From the NCBI RefSeq assembly GCF_004010195.1, contig NC_057749.1, forward strand, positions 9,770,728-9,834,727: a stretch of DNA of 64,000 nt, written 5' to 3'. The position numbers and the translations under genes were made by a program. Each line of letters opens with the position of its first letter. Within the stretch, counting starts at the first letter, position 1. Below the pieces are notes generated by a model, which was given only the letters and a program-made list of their open reading frames with translations, made no database searches and was not told the DNA's origin. Origin of the DNA: Chiloscyllium plagiosum (Eukaryota). Positions 49,600-61,471 of the stretch are shown one piece after another.

Positions 49600-50850
49600 A
49601 CTTTGTGTTACAGAATATGCTGGCTCAAACTGTTCCAATTTGAGCAAAGAGATTTTGTCAAAGATTTTTGGCTTTGACTCATCTTGGCAATTTGCAAGAA
49701 CACTAACATGAAGTGGAGCAGCATGTTTATACAGTTTATACAGAGTGCTGAGTGGTTAACAAATGGACTTTGGTGGAGTCACTGCTAAGGTGATTTTAGT
49801 AGTTGGATCGCAATAACTGTTATCTGCCAATCTTTGTTTAAATTTAAGCAGGTTGACTCTGGGCAAGGTATTGCCATGAGGAATCTTATCAATTGTAAAT
49901 GATTATTGCCTATTTTGTTCTATTGAAACAGGTACAGTTTATGAACGTGTTAGGTCTGCCTGCAAGTTGTCCGCACTGCAAATCCATCTGCCTTAAATTG
50001 GTTGCCAACCTATTTCTTGGCACACTTAGGATTATTTGACAAATGTTACCCAATCTCAGAATTATATCTGATACCTGTTTGCAGTTTTGCAAGCAGATTC
50101 ACTATGGTCTATATCTTTCATGTCGTATACATTACTGTTTGGTATGATCCACTAGTCTGAGAGGCGCACAGCCTAAATACCTTTCATTGTTTTTGCACCA
50201 AAATTCATATGCTGTTTTACCATCCGTATGATAGGCAGGGCGTCATTTGAGCTTGATTACATCATGCTGTTGTACCAAATGCATTGCTGCTGCCTAGCAG
50301 TAGCAATAAGCAGTAGGCTTCATCTGTTACTCAAACCTTTTGAGGTGCTCTTCCAGGCTAATCTAAGGTATTCTAGGTACTTTTTAAGAGCAAAAGTAGC
50401 AGACATTGGCCCAAAGTGCAGCAAGAGATTATCTGATCAAGGGAGCCATTATCTCGTAAGATAGTCTTGTACATTAGTGATTCAGGTTTCCATGGTAGCT
50501 CAGGTCCTATTTACAAAGTGCAGGTAGTTTTTCTATCACCTGATCACCTTCTATCACCAAGGTTCATCCCTTGGTCATGTGTTGTGCTGTCAGTCAACCT
50601 GCCTGCTTTAAATTTAAACACAGCTTGACAACTGTTGGTCATTACTACTGGTGCGCTCCTCTTGGCAACCCATCTACCAATTACAGCCCACTTGCAACCA
50701 ATCTACAAACTCTGCTTAAACAATAGGAACATGTTGTTCCCCTTCACATAGATGTCCTTGCGATTTGTCCTGATGTGTACAGGTTGAAAATATTGGGCAA
50801 AATATGTCTTTTTCAGCAGTACTTAAGTTCTGCATTGCCAACTGATTATT
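49600..50850. mobile_element. Decayed Penelope-like retroelement (GIY-YIG region on -) with inverted terminal copy (+)
   Basis: Minus strand about 50135-50215 reads AYEFWCKNNERYLGCAPLRLVDHTKQ (GIY-YIG-like), then IG*HLSNNPKCAK near 50015-50055; terminal block about 49620-49880 (-) is inverted relative to about 50590-50850 (+), e.g. GTTTAAATTTAAGCAGGTTGAC vs GTCAACCTGCCTGCTTTAAATTTAAAC. Confidence 0.7.
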
Positions 50851-50910
50851 CATTCATTCCAATTTGTTTGAAATTTGGTCTCAGTATTGTTTTGTGTTCT
50901 GTCTTGACAG

Positions 50911-50983
50911 GTCTGATGGTACCAAGCAACCATTGAACCGTTGTGAGGCCTCCCACCCACATCACCAAATACAGCCGTGCAAC
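50911..50983 (+). other. CSK: CSK 5' UTR portion of the start-codon exon
   Basis: Acceptor TTTTGTGTTCTGTCTTGACAG ends at 50910; the exon continues to the donor at 50999. Confidence 0.75.
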
Positions 50984-50998
50984 ATGTCACAGCCACAG
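50984..50998 (+). CDS. CSK: CSK first coding exon (MSQPQ)
   Basis: AACATGT start, 5 codons, CAG|GTAGAT donor, phase 0 into the next exon; matches the 15-nt MSAIQ coding start exon recalled for mammalian CSK. Confidence 0.8.
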
Positions 50999-52416
50999 GT
51001 AGATGAACCTCCCTTCCTGGTTCAATGGACTCTCTATACTTCATTTTTCAGTTGAAATGTGAAACATCAGAGTATTGCACAAAGATGGCAAAGAAACTCA
51101 ATGCAAATCTGTTTGTATTTGATGAGATTCAAGTTGTCTTTTGGCCATTTGTTTTTTGATAACCATGTGTGTAGTCAGGGTCACTTGAAGGAATACTAGT
51201 ATTACTGAATTAGAGCTAGTGTAAATGCTTGTGACAGACCATAAAAATGTTTTTGTACATTGCAGGTTAATAACTTCTGGTATTTTCAGTATGGGGTTAC
51301 ATTTGTAGAGAGTGGTCTCATGCATAAATAATATAACCAAAAATGCAACCAAATTAGTTGTAAAATGGCATGTGTGCAGGTGTTAGAACATGTGGAATGT
51401 TTTGCTTAAGTGTAGCCATTTTATACTGTTAAGGCAAAATGAGGTGGGTAAAATGACAATATTAGCTTTTGCTTTATGTTCTTGAATCTATCTACCTGCC
51501 CTCTCCTTTTTCTCTCTTTTAACTTCACCAATTTAAAGGTCTAGTGTTTTCATTTGGATTTGGTGTGGTACAATGAAAAACACAGAATTTAAAAAAGCAT
51601 TTTATATAACATGGATGTTGGAGTTTTCCAAAGATTTTTTATAATTGGATTTTCTATAGCATTTTTTGATCTGATGCAACTATTAAATTATCTTACTCCC
51701 AATTGAAAATTGTAATTCTTTCCCTCAGTAGTAGTATTCATAAAGCGAGGCAGCTTAAACTCAATATTTCCAGTTCATACAAAATTTGCTCGTGCGTAAC
51801 CATCCCATGAAGTACTGTGTCACAGAAATTTGTCTTTGCAATATTTTGCTGTTAACATCTAGTAACAGGAACCTTTGTCTGTGCATGTCCATCGATGGCT
51901 TCTACAGTTCGATCTGTTTTGCATGGTCTCTAGTAGTTTGGACTTTATATTGTCTAAAAATGTGTCTTGGAAACTGAAAATATTTTTGTCTTAAATTGCT
52001 CCTATGTATAAAAGTACATTGGGAGGCAAAGTAAAGGAAGTAACTGATGTTGATGGAAATATGCAGGGGAAAAAAATATGTATTAAAGTGGAGGGAGAAT
52101 TCCAGGAAAGAAGGACAAGCCTGATCAGTGCTCACTTTTCATTCAGCTGTTTTTATCTTTTTGTCTCTCTCCAAGTTTGAACAAATCATGTGTTAAATAA
52201 TGGCACAATAGTGACGGCTTGAATAAGCCATTGTACATAGAATATAGTGGGAAAATTAAGTTACACCAAAGACAAACATGTCCTATTTCCTTGTATATTC
52301 TTTGTCCTGGTTTCTGAGGTGTATAGGGAAGTGACTCTAATGTAGTTAACAACAAGCTGCCTTAATTTACATGCCACTATTGCAACAGTGTAGCCCTTTA
52401 CATCGTAATTTGAATA

Positions 52417-52608
52417 AGTAAAGTTGCCATAGTTCTAGAGGACCATGGTGTGCTGCTCTGTCATTAGAGAGGCAGCTATTGGTGGTGTGACAGAGGGTCA
52501 CCACGCCTCAGGTGAGGTTGAGAAGGACCTCAGTTGGTATGAGAATTGAATCCACGCTATTGACATCACTCTGCATCATAAACAAGTTGTCCAGCTAACT
52601 GACACTTA
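52417..52608 (-). mobile_element. tRNA-derived SINE with 12-bp TSD in a CSK intron
   Basis: TSD GTAATTTGAATA at 52405-52416 and 52609-52620; B-box-like GGATTCAATTC on -; related to 10920-11135. Confidence 0.75.
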
Positions 52609-53436
52609 GTAATTTGAATATGAGGATATTGAAAGGCATCTGTGTAACAAAATCATAAAGGCCTGTAGCACTTCTTGGAAAATAGATTGAATGTGGTTCA
52701 TTGTTGGCTATTTTTCTATCCTATTTTAGCAATTTATATTGTATTGTCTATTCTTTTTGTATGTTATCTTGCTATTCGACTTCCTACTCCAGTAGTTACT
52801 GTCTTCATTCCTGAATCAGTTCGTATACAAAGATTGAACAAATCACATTGTGTTCGACATTACAATGATTCAGCCATTTTAGGAAACATTGAGTACACAT
52901 TTGGAGCTTAAATTTTGATTTTGTAAAAGGGCAAGTTATATAGAATGATTGGACATTCAGCAGTCAGCATGTGGCAATTTTTGAGCTAGCTGTTTGAATG
53001 AATATTTCAGGCTTCACTGAATTAAAGTAGAACAATTAAATTGATTTTGACTTCTGTTCGAAAGCTCAGAGTTCAAAACAGATGGCGTTTAATTTGTAAT
53101 GCATCTACTGAAACATATCCATGAACTTGTCATTAATTTACATGCCCTCCTGAAAATGAGTGGGACATGTCTAGTTGCAAAATTACAATGACAAGTTACA
53201 TTTTCAAATTGGCGTGACAAAATCATTAACCGTTGTCATAACTATTATGGAAATTCAAAGTTTGAGATCTTACAAATTAATAATAGCAAGAAAAAGCAAT
53301 TTCATCATAATATCTATGTTTACTATATAATATTTTTCAAAACAACCTTTAAAGCAGATTTATTTATGTATTTCATAAAGAAATTTGAAACATTAAAATC
53401 CTAATTTGTTGTGATAAATGTCCTTTTCCTTTGCAG

Positions 53437-53550
53437 ACAATATGGGCATCCGGCACAGAATGTATAGCCAAATACAACTTCAGTGGAAGTGCAGAACAAG
53501 ACCTTCCCTTTAACAAAGGAGATGTTCTCACCATTATTTCAGTCACTAAG
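53437..53550 (+). CDS. CSK: CSK exon, SH3 N-terminal half
   Basis: TTTTCCTTTGCAG acceptor; [47 protein letters not shown] donor; 114 nt, phase 0/0. Confidence 0.97.
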
Positions 53551-54193
53551 GTAATAATATTTGTTTAAGTCCACGTAGAAACAGCATGAAGTGACATTCT
53601 ACAAGATTTGTTCAATCACTAAAATATTTTTGTCATAGGAAGTGTGCTCACACATTGCAATATTATATGTTTTAATAAATTAAGTAATGTAAATCTTAGC
53701 ATAAAATGTCTGCTTTATTAACTACATTGTGCACATTGCCCTTCATGAACCACTTTCCATAAAAGATGTGCAGGAAAGATCTGAGGAGCAGCTAATTGTG
53801 TCATGCATGATTTACCATCCAAAACCATTTCTAACTATTTGGCTCATATGCAGTAGTCATATCCATTTTCTTTTCTCCAAACATAATAAGAAATTGTGAC
53901 CACCTTATGCTCAAAAACAAACTGCAGTACTATTACTGCTTCATTTGATCCTAAGCTGATTTATGTCAGCATCCATATTGTTTTATTAAAATTATCTGCT
54001 CATTTCTTGGAAGAATAATATGCAAGTTTGATTTTTAATACTTAATGCAAAAAGTGTTTGTGATGCAAGGCTTTAAGGAAAGAGCAAGCAGTAGTATGCA
54101 CTTTGTAAAAATTACACTTGGTATTCACTTTTGTGTTTGTCACTGTGCACCTCTTAGTTGCTTTACCTTTTACTTCTGCCTTGCCAATTTTAG

Positions 54194-54306
54194 GATCCAA
54201 ATTGGTACAAAGCAAAGAGCAAAATTGGTAAAGAAGGTATCATTCCTGCAAACTATGTCCAGAAAAGAGAAGGAGTCAAATCTGGTGCAAAGCTTAGCCT
54301 TATGCC
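54194..54306 (+). CDS. CSK: CSK exon, SH3 C-terminal half and SH3-SH2 linker
   Basis: TTTTAG acceptor; [37 protein letters not shown](P); CC|GTAAGT donor; 113 nt, phase 0/2. Confidence 0.97.
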
Positions 54307-55046
54307 GTAAGTATGTGCTTTGGTTTAATAGCCACAGACCATAGAAAACACAAATGCTATATGCAAACGACACAGTTACTGTTACTATTATAGGCCTCCA
54401 AAATTTGGAACAAAGAAACAAGGGAGAATTCTCACCAAATGTTACAGGAAGTGCTTAAATATAAGATTTTAATTTGGGGACTTCCTGTGGCCTGACTAAT
54501 TCAAGTGCACTCCATTAATTGATTATGCCAGAGCTGTTGTATTCAGTTGTGTTGGTCTTGATTTCGGTGTTTTGTTTTTAAAATACATTATTTGGACACA
54601 GCAGTAGAAATTTGTATGGATCTTGTCTAGATATAAAACAGTTGAAGTGTGTACCAATTTCTTGATGTGCACTGCAGCATGAATATCTGTCTTCTTTTCT
54701 GCCCTCCAACCTTATGCTACTAAATCTTGTATATGAAGTAGCTTAATATTGATGCAGATTGATGGTGCAATAGGACTGACAATAAGACTAATTTGCTTGG
54801 TGCTGGAGAGCGACCAAGACGCAATCTGTATCAAGGCAGTTGATCTTCCTTGTCTTCAGCTTTGTGTTTGCTGATGGACTACTGCAGCTTTTCTGCCAAT
54901 GATTGTTTGGCTGTCCCGACTGTTCCTGTGATTCACTTGCAGAAATTGCAATTCTAATTTATCAGCCTATTAACTCGAATGGAAGTGAGTGCAACCACTG
55001 AGTACTAGAAAAATAAGTAGCTGTTATAACAGCTTTTCATTACACA

Positions 55047-55212
55047 AGTCATAGAGATGTACAGCATGGAAACAGACCCTTCGGTCCAACTCGTCCATGC
55101 TGACCAGATATCCTAATCTGATGTAATCCCGTTTGCCAGCACTTGGCCCATATCCCTCAAAACCCTTCCTATTCATATACCCATCCAGATGCCTTTTAAA
55201 TGCTGTAATTGT
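55047..55212 (-). mobile_element. CR1 3' UTR fragment
   Basis: AGTCATAGAGATGTACAGCATGGAAACAGACCCTTCGGTCCAAC..., the reverse complement of 31001-31183. Confidence 0.9.
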
Positions 55213-57334
55213 TCTCTTATTGATTATTATTTATTTGCAGACGTTTTCTCAGCATGATGAAGATTTAATGGAGCATGATGTAGAGTGCTTTTAAGGTTAT
55301 AGTTCAGATTCACCCCTTAATGGTCATTTAATCTTACTTTGGGATAAAAGAAAACTGATTCACTACCCAGCCAGGTTGTGGAAGAAATCTCAAGGGGAAA
55401 GAAGGTTTGAGATAATCTTGGGAAAATTTGTTAAATGAGTGGTTCAACTGAGTATTGACAATGTTGCCCTGGTCATCCATCTATTATTCTCCTCTTGTCA
55501 GAAGGACAGTCAGAATTGATTTTGTGAAAGGGTTGCTATTGTTTTCATTCAGCCAGCTTTTAAGAGACCAAATTGAACCATTAAGCTGATAAGTATACCA
55601 TAAAACTAATTACTAGGCTGCAGGGCCAGATTCTTTCTGTTGTAATAGCTGCTTTGAGCGAGATGTTGCAATTGATTTTTCTGGCATTTGCCTAGAACAA
55701 ACTACATTTGAAGGGGAAAACATGATATCTTTTGCTTGTCTTGTGCCAGTTTTTAATGGATAAAATCCCCAATCCACGTGCTCTCTGATAATATGATATC
55801 TTATCCAAAGATCTTCCATCAACTCTCTTGTTCTAGTAGATAATTTGAGAACAAAGTGATATAAACGCATGAGTTTCTTTCATTTGGAGAGGAATAATTG
55901 GTCAGTGTTTTTTGAAACACAAAGCCTTTATTTTAAAAATATAGATCCCATATCAGTTTTAAACAGTGCTTACTGGACTGAGACTTTCAGGAAAGGGAAA
56001 TTCCTCATACATATTCCTTAATGAGGGAACAAACCTTACCTAATTTTAAAGTTACATTCCTTCCTCCCTTTGCGAAAGACATTAAAGTTGAAAACAGTGC
56101 AATGTTCTTAATCAGGGTCACAAAAGAAATTTGTATTTGGCATGTGCCCATTGCTGGCAGTAATTCTGTGCATTTTTAATGACGTTACCCTTTTGCAAAT
56201 TTCGATTTTGACAGCAGCTGAACTTCAGTTATTATTTCGTTTGCCAATGCGAAGAATTATTTCCTTTCTCACTGTCTGCCAATGTGTACTAAAGAATTGA
56301 ATATGTCAAATAATATGGAGGAAACTGTTCTTTTGAAACTAGTGCCACAAAATGCAACAAATGAAATATTCTGAATATAGTTTCCAAACTGCTGTTGGCA
56401 GTTATAGACCCTTGAGGATCATTTACAAAGGAATGTATCCCTTTTAAATATTCATTGGTCTTATCATGCCAAGTGTCTCCTGATATTTCATTTGATGCTA
56501 GGTACGTTAGTTGGTATAGAGTTTTGTTCCTTGCAAACTTTGACTGCCCAGATGAATACTGGATTAGCCAAATGCTATGTTTACTGAGGTAAGCGGAGGT
56601 AGCAATTGTTATGAGTAGAAACTAGGTGCTTTTGTGACGAGGAGACTGTAGAGTCACATGAGTATTGACTGTGGTTCAGTTAAGCAGCTTTATTTAGTCT
56701 GGAATAATTGTCAGAGAGGACTATTGAACCACAGGTAAGGCTGAGGGGTTTGAGGCAGTGGCTGAAAACATGGCTTTTATTTTCCAAAATTTTTGATTGG
56801 ATAGTGGCCCATCCAGTCCTGGAAGCTGAGAAAGGAGTTTGACAACACAATTTAATAGAAACGTCATGCTAGATCATTAAGAGCTTATCTGTATCTTGTC
56901 AGTCGATATCTGGAATTTACTCTTGTGAGATAATGTTACTGAGAATGTTAGCTTGTGAATGAGAAAAGGTAGGGAACCAGAATTTGAAAGATGGTGTTTG
57001 GACTTCGAGTGCTAATGCGGAAATAGTTGGAAAAACCAATGATTTGTCCTCTGGCTCCAGTTAGCAAGGCAAATATGATACACAGAAGAGGAAATTGAGG
57101 TGCATTGCTGGTTGTTCCAAAGACAGCACAGGATTGAAGAAAGTCATAGTCCAAAAGAGTACAATATGAGACTCTGGTTAGGGATTTTTAGTGTCATTGC
57201 AAGCATTGTTTTCGTGATTTAAATATGGAGTCCATGAGAATTTGCCAAATTGATATTTATTAAGGGTCCTTGGAGAGGTTTAGTGGGTGGGAGTATTAGT
57301 TTGCAAGGATTGCAAAGTTAAAGATGTTTAATGA

Positions 57335-57447
57335 TAAATGCAGGGTTGCTGGGATAAGCTGTGGCAGGGGTGGGATGCTATTTGGAGGGTAGGTGCAGAC
57401 TCGATGGGCCAAATGGCCTCTATCTGTACCGTAAGGATTCTATGATG
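57335..57447 (+). mobile_element. HE1/CR1-type 3' tail fragment
   Basis: GGGTGGGATGCT..TTGGAGGGT.GGTGCAGACTCGATGGGCCAAATGGCCT...GTAAGGATTCTATG, similar to the end of 39618-39907. Confidence 0.7.
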
Positions 57448-58059
57448 AGGTTTAAGGGGCAATATAGTGGACGTGAAAAAGAAGTATGTTATTTGATAAA
57501 TCATTCTTGAATTTCTAGAAAATGTAATTGTGGATTTTTGTGTCTTGACTATCTTATAACAGACTACAAAACTAGGGTAACAATTTGTTATAAAAGTATC
57601 AGTCACCCTATATTTTGCTGCTCAGAAATTATAAGACAACAGCACATGAGCTTAATAACCTGAAACTATTTAAATTACAGAAAGTTAAAAATTGGAGAAA
57701 TAGTCTATCTGATCGTTTGGAGCCAGCTTGTGTATGACAAAATAGAATAGTAATGGCTTGACCCCTCCCAGGTTGACACAGCAACACAAATATTGAGTTG
57801 TTGCATCAAGGGATTGTATGGATAAACTAGGAAAGGGAATGAGCATGTAAAACGGTACATTAAACCGATCATTTGGTGACTTCATAACTTGAGCGCTCGA
57901 GGATAAAATCAAGGAAGGGTGATGTGGTTTCATCCTCACCCTCTGTCCAGATAGTTTGTGATGAAGTACATATGGTTCGAAATACCCTGCAATGAAAATA
58001 TTCTGATTTTGTGCTTTATTTTCATATTGCTTTCTGATTTATGCTGTTATTTGTTGCAG

Positions 58060-58279
58060 CTGGTTTCATGGAAAAATTACTCGTGAGCAAGCAGAAAGGC
58101 TACTGTATCCTCCTGAAGATGGTTTATATTTGGTACGGGAAAGTACCAACTATCCTGGGGACTATACACTGTGTGTGAGCTGTAGTGGGAAGGTGGAACA
58201 TTACAGAATCATTTATTCTTCCAGCAAACTTAGCATCGATGAAGAAGCCTACTTTGATAATTTGATGCAATTAGTAGAG
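58060..58279 (+). CDS. CSK: CSK exon, SH2 domain
   Basis: TTGTTGCAG acceptor; (P)[82 protein letters not shown] donor; 220 nt, phase 2/0. Confidence 0.98.
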
Positions 58280-58574
58280 GTCAGTTTGATTTTAATTTTA
58301 TATTTTGTTTTAAACACCTTGCTCTCTGGGCCTAGAGTGCTTTTCATTATCACCTCAGTGGATTGTTATTGGATTACAGGGGCAATTTGTAAAATGTATC
58401 TGTAATATTTGTTATTTAACCATTATTATAGAATCAAAATTTGAGTCTGCTATGGTCAGATTAGAAGAACAGAGGTAATGCAGAGAGTTTCTCTTGCATA
58501 TAATGATACTCTTTTTCCTAACTATTTTGAAGCATTGTTCTGGTTATATACAAACCGTTTCAGACCCACTGCCA

Positions 58575-58669
58575 GTTTCCTGAAGAAGGGCTCATGCCCG
58601 AAACATCAATTCTCCTGCTCCTTGGATGCTGTCTGACCTGCTGCGCTTTTCCAGCAACACGTTTTCAGC
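58575..58669 (+). mobile_element. Penelope-like terminal fragment with 15-bp TSD
   Basis: TSD TCAGAC(C/T)CACTGCCA at 58560-58574 and 58670-58684; core CTGAAGA-A-GGGC(TCAT)GCCC-GAAA-CA-TC with CG changed to CA. Confidence 0.8.
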
Positions 58670-61471
58670 TCAGACTCACTGCCACCAAGCAAATTCATCA
58701 CTTAAGCAATAGACTTCCAATCTGCCTCGCACTGGTAGATTTAAATATGCTTTGTGCCTAAAACGTTGCTTCTGTTATCTATAATGTTTCCCCAAGTCCC
58801 CATATTGGCCGCTATATGGAATCTAAATGATGAGCAGCATTTTTTTAAAAATTGGTTATTTTGTTTGAGAGAACCAATCAGGACTTCATTCTGCTTGTCA
58901 AATTGATGAGCTCTGAATCTGTGAATGTAATTTTTAAGTTGAATCAGCTTGCTGAATTTAAGGATTATTTGATTTGCATCTCCCAAGTGTGCTGTAGATG
59001 GCAGGTAACATTTTTTACGATAATATCATAAGCAGTGCACTGTGTCTGTGGATTAATTAATGCTTCAATTTGTTTTAATCTTTGTGTGAAAATAATATTT
59101 AACATTCCTGAAAGCTTTCTACCCACCTAGTTTTATTTAGCAATTTCAAATTAAGAATATCTCCTAAAATGCATTGTTTTTTCAAAGTTATTTACTGTCA
59201 AGTTTGGGTCAATTTTGGCCCATTCCTGGGGTTAACTGAATGTTGAAGTTGGGGTAATTTTCTTATCTACACATCTACATTCAAATACAACCTAATAGCC
59301 ATTCATCCAAATGCATGTTACTATTTCAAAGGTTTCTCCCAAAATTGACTCTTTTCCCTCGGTTGTAAATTCTGTTCTGCATAAAACCCTTTTTTGAATG
59401 TCCCTATAGAATTACTGCTTGTTGTGGGTTGCCTATCACACAAGTAGAGTCTAGCTCCAGACCAGCATGTGTCAATTCAACATCTTAGCTCCCAAATCTT
59501 TTCCAGTTGGATTCACTTAACATGAAACTGGCTGATCATTAGAAATAATGTCAAGAAAAATAAACAATGTTTTACTGTCATGATAAAAGGCTTGTCATTA
59601 TATTACACTTCAGTTTCAAAAAGTTTTAACAGGAAGTTCTGCCATCTCTCAAACATTTGAATGATCTACAATGCCATTGATCATGCCTTTGGTTTGAAGT
59701 ACAGATTATATTTTCAGGAAATTTTCTTATTTACAGAGGCTTTTTTCAGGTAGAAAAGATGGTTCTACCCTGACAATGAATTAAAAAGGCACCTCTTACA
59801 AGTGTATGCGTTCTTTTGTTCCCTTCTCACCACCCCAAAACAAAGTCAGGTTTTGTGCTGTCTTGACTTGGAAGTTTTTCATCCCTTCTTTCTATTGGAT
59901 CAGAATCCTGGGACTCACTCTCTAATAACATGGCTAACATAACTTCACCGTACAGTTTACAATTATTCTCAAAGGCAGTTCACCACCACTATCTGCCAGT
60001 GGTATCCATGCCCCATAAAATAAATGAATGAATAAATAAATTGACTGAAAGTCAGTAAGACTTTTTTTTACAAGGGTCAGGATTACTTAGCTGTAGCTTT
60101 TGGAAGCATGTTCTGCTGGTAGAGGAAATCTCACTTTGAGGTTGCCTTCTGTTTCCTAAGACCAAGACAAACTGGGACAGAATAAAGTGTAGTCATTCTG
60201 TCCCAAACAAAAGGAAAGATTGATTGAGCTTCCAGATCTTCCTGTCCCAATTTGATGGGATTGAGTGCTGTAGTTGGAAAGCTACACCCAGTGCAGTCCT
60301 ATTTCATCTTCATTTGATATCTTGGCTCTAGATAATTCAGTCTCATTTTGTAAATGGGGTCTTGTTTTACTGATAGTGCACTGATGCTGCACATGCTATT
60401 TTTATTGAAAGCTACCTTAATTTTCGTTTTGGGAAAGTGTTGTTGAAGTTCAAATCATCATAGCTGTTGCTATGAAAGGGAAGTTCTGCTTTGTTCATTT
60501 TTCTTGAGTTTCTGTCTTCTCAATAAATAGCTTAGGCTCGTGAAGACTTTTGAAAAATTTTGGTCGGATAGAACAACTTTATGTAAACCAGTCACTCGGC
60601 AATTGTTTTCTTGTCATGGGTATCTCTAGCTCAGAATGCTGGCAGCTTCTGCACAAAGCTGGAAGAACGCTATTTAAGGACTTTGTATGTACTTTTTTAA
60701 TAGAATTTATCCGTATGGTTCAATTTAAGACAATAAGTGGATTGGTCTAGCCCTGGTGAAAATTGCTTTGCCTTTTTGGTAGTTCCTTTGTTAGAAGGAG
60801 GTTGAACAAATATAGAGAAATGGGATCTTGTACATTCAACAAAATCATTGAAGGCTGCCAGCTGCTTTTCTCAGGCTGATACAGTCATGGCAGCTGTGAG
60901 CAATGTTACATTGAGTATTAGTCCAGTGTGTTCTTTTTAGTTGCTTTGTAGTTCTAACCAATGTTTGTTGGAGCTATTAGTGTTGATATAGTGTGCTAGT
61001 GTATGAAGTGTCAGTTGCGTTGTAATTTGTGAATGCTACACAAATGCCTTTTTCTAATAGTTTTGGCATGTTGGATGTGAGTACTTCAAGTCTCTTACCC
61101 AAACTGTTCAGAATACTACTTGGGGTTAAATGGAAGAAATAAAGGATTGTAAATGCCAGTTTAACCCAAATGTACTTGTTACTAGATTAATGATAAATCA
61201 ATTTACCAGTTCTATTAGCTGTTTTACTTATTCTATACAGAAGGATGTTTGGATATGTGGCCAAGCCCAGCTCTAGCTTATATTTCATTTTAAACACCAA
61301 CTTCACGGGCTCTCAGTACTGATTCACTAACAAGTAATTGGCTACAATTTTCCTGATCAAATGAATTGTGAGAGCCTTTTTTGAATAATTGTTTCTTACA
61401 TCTTAAAAAAAAGAACTGACCAAATGCAGACTAGATGATGACTTGAAAACAGGCAGTTCTTTTTTTCTTGG

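Noticed and set aside
53437..58279. Assignment to MATK/CHK instead of CSK
   Set aside because: [38 protein letters not shown] and the 5-codon start exon are CSK-type.
58130..58405. 91-aa ORF as a standalone gene
   Set aside because: It is the SH2 exon read from an internal TTG and running past the donor at 58280 into the intron.
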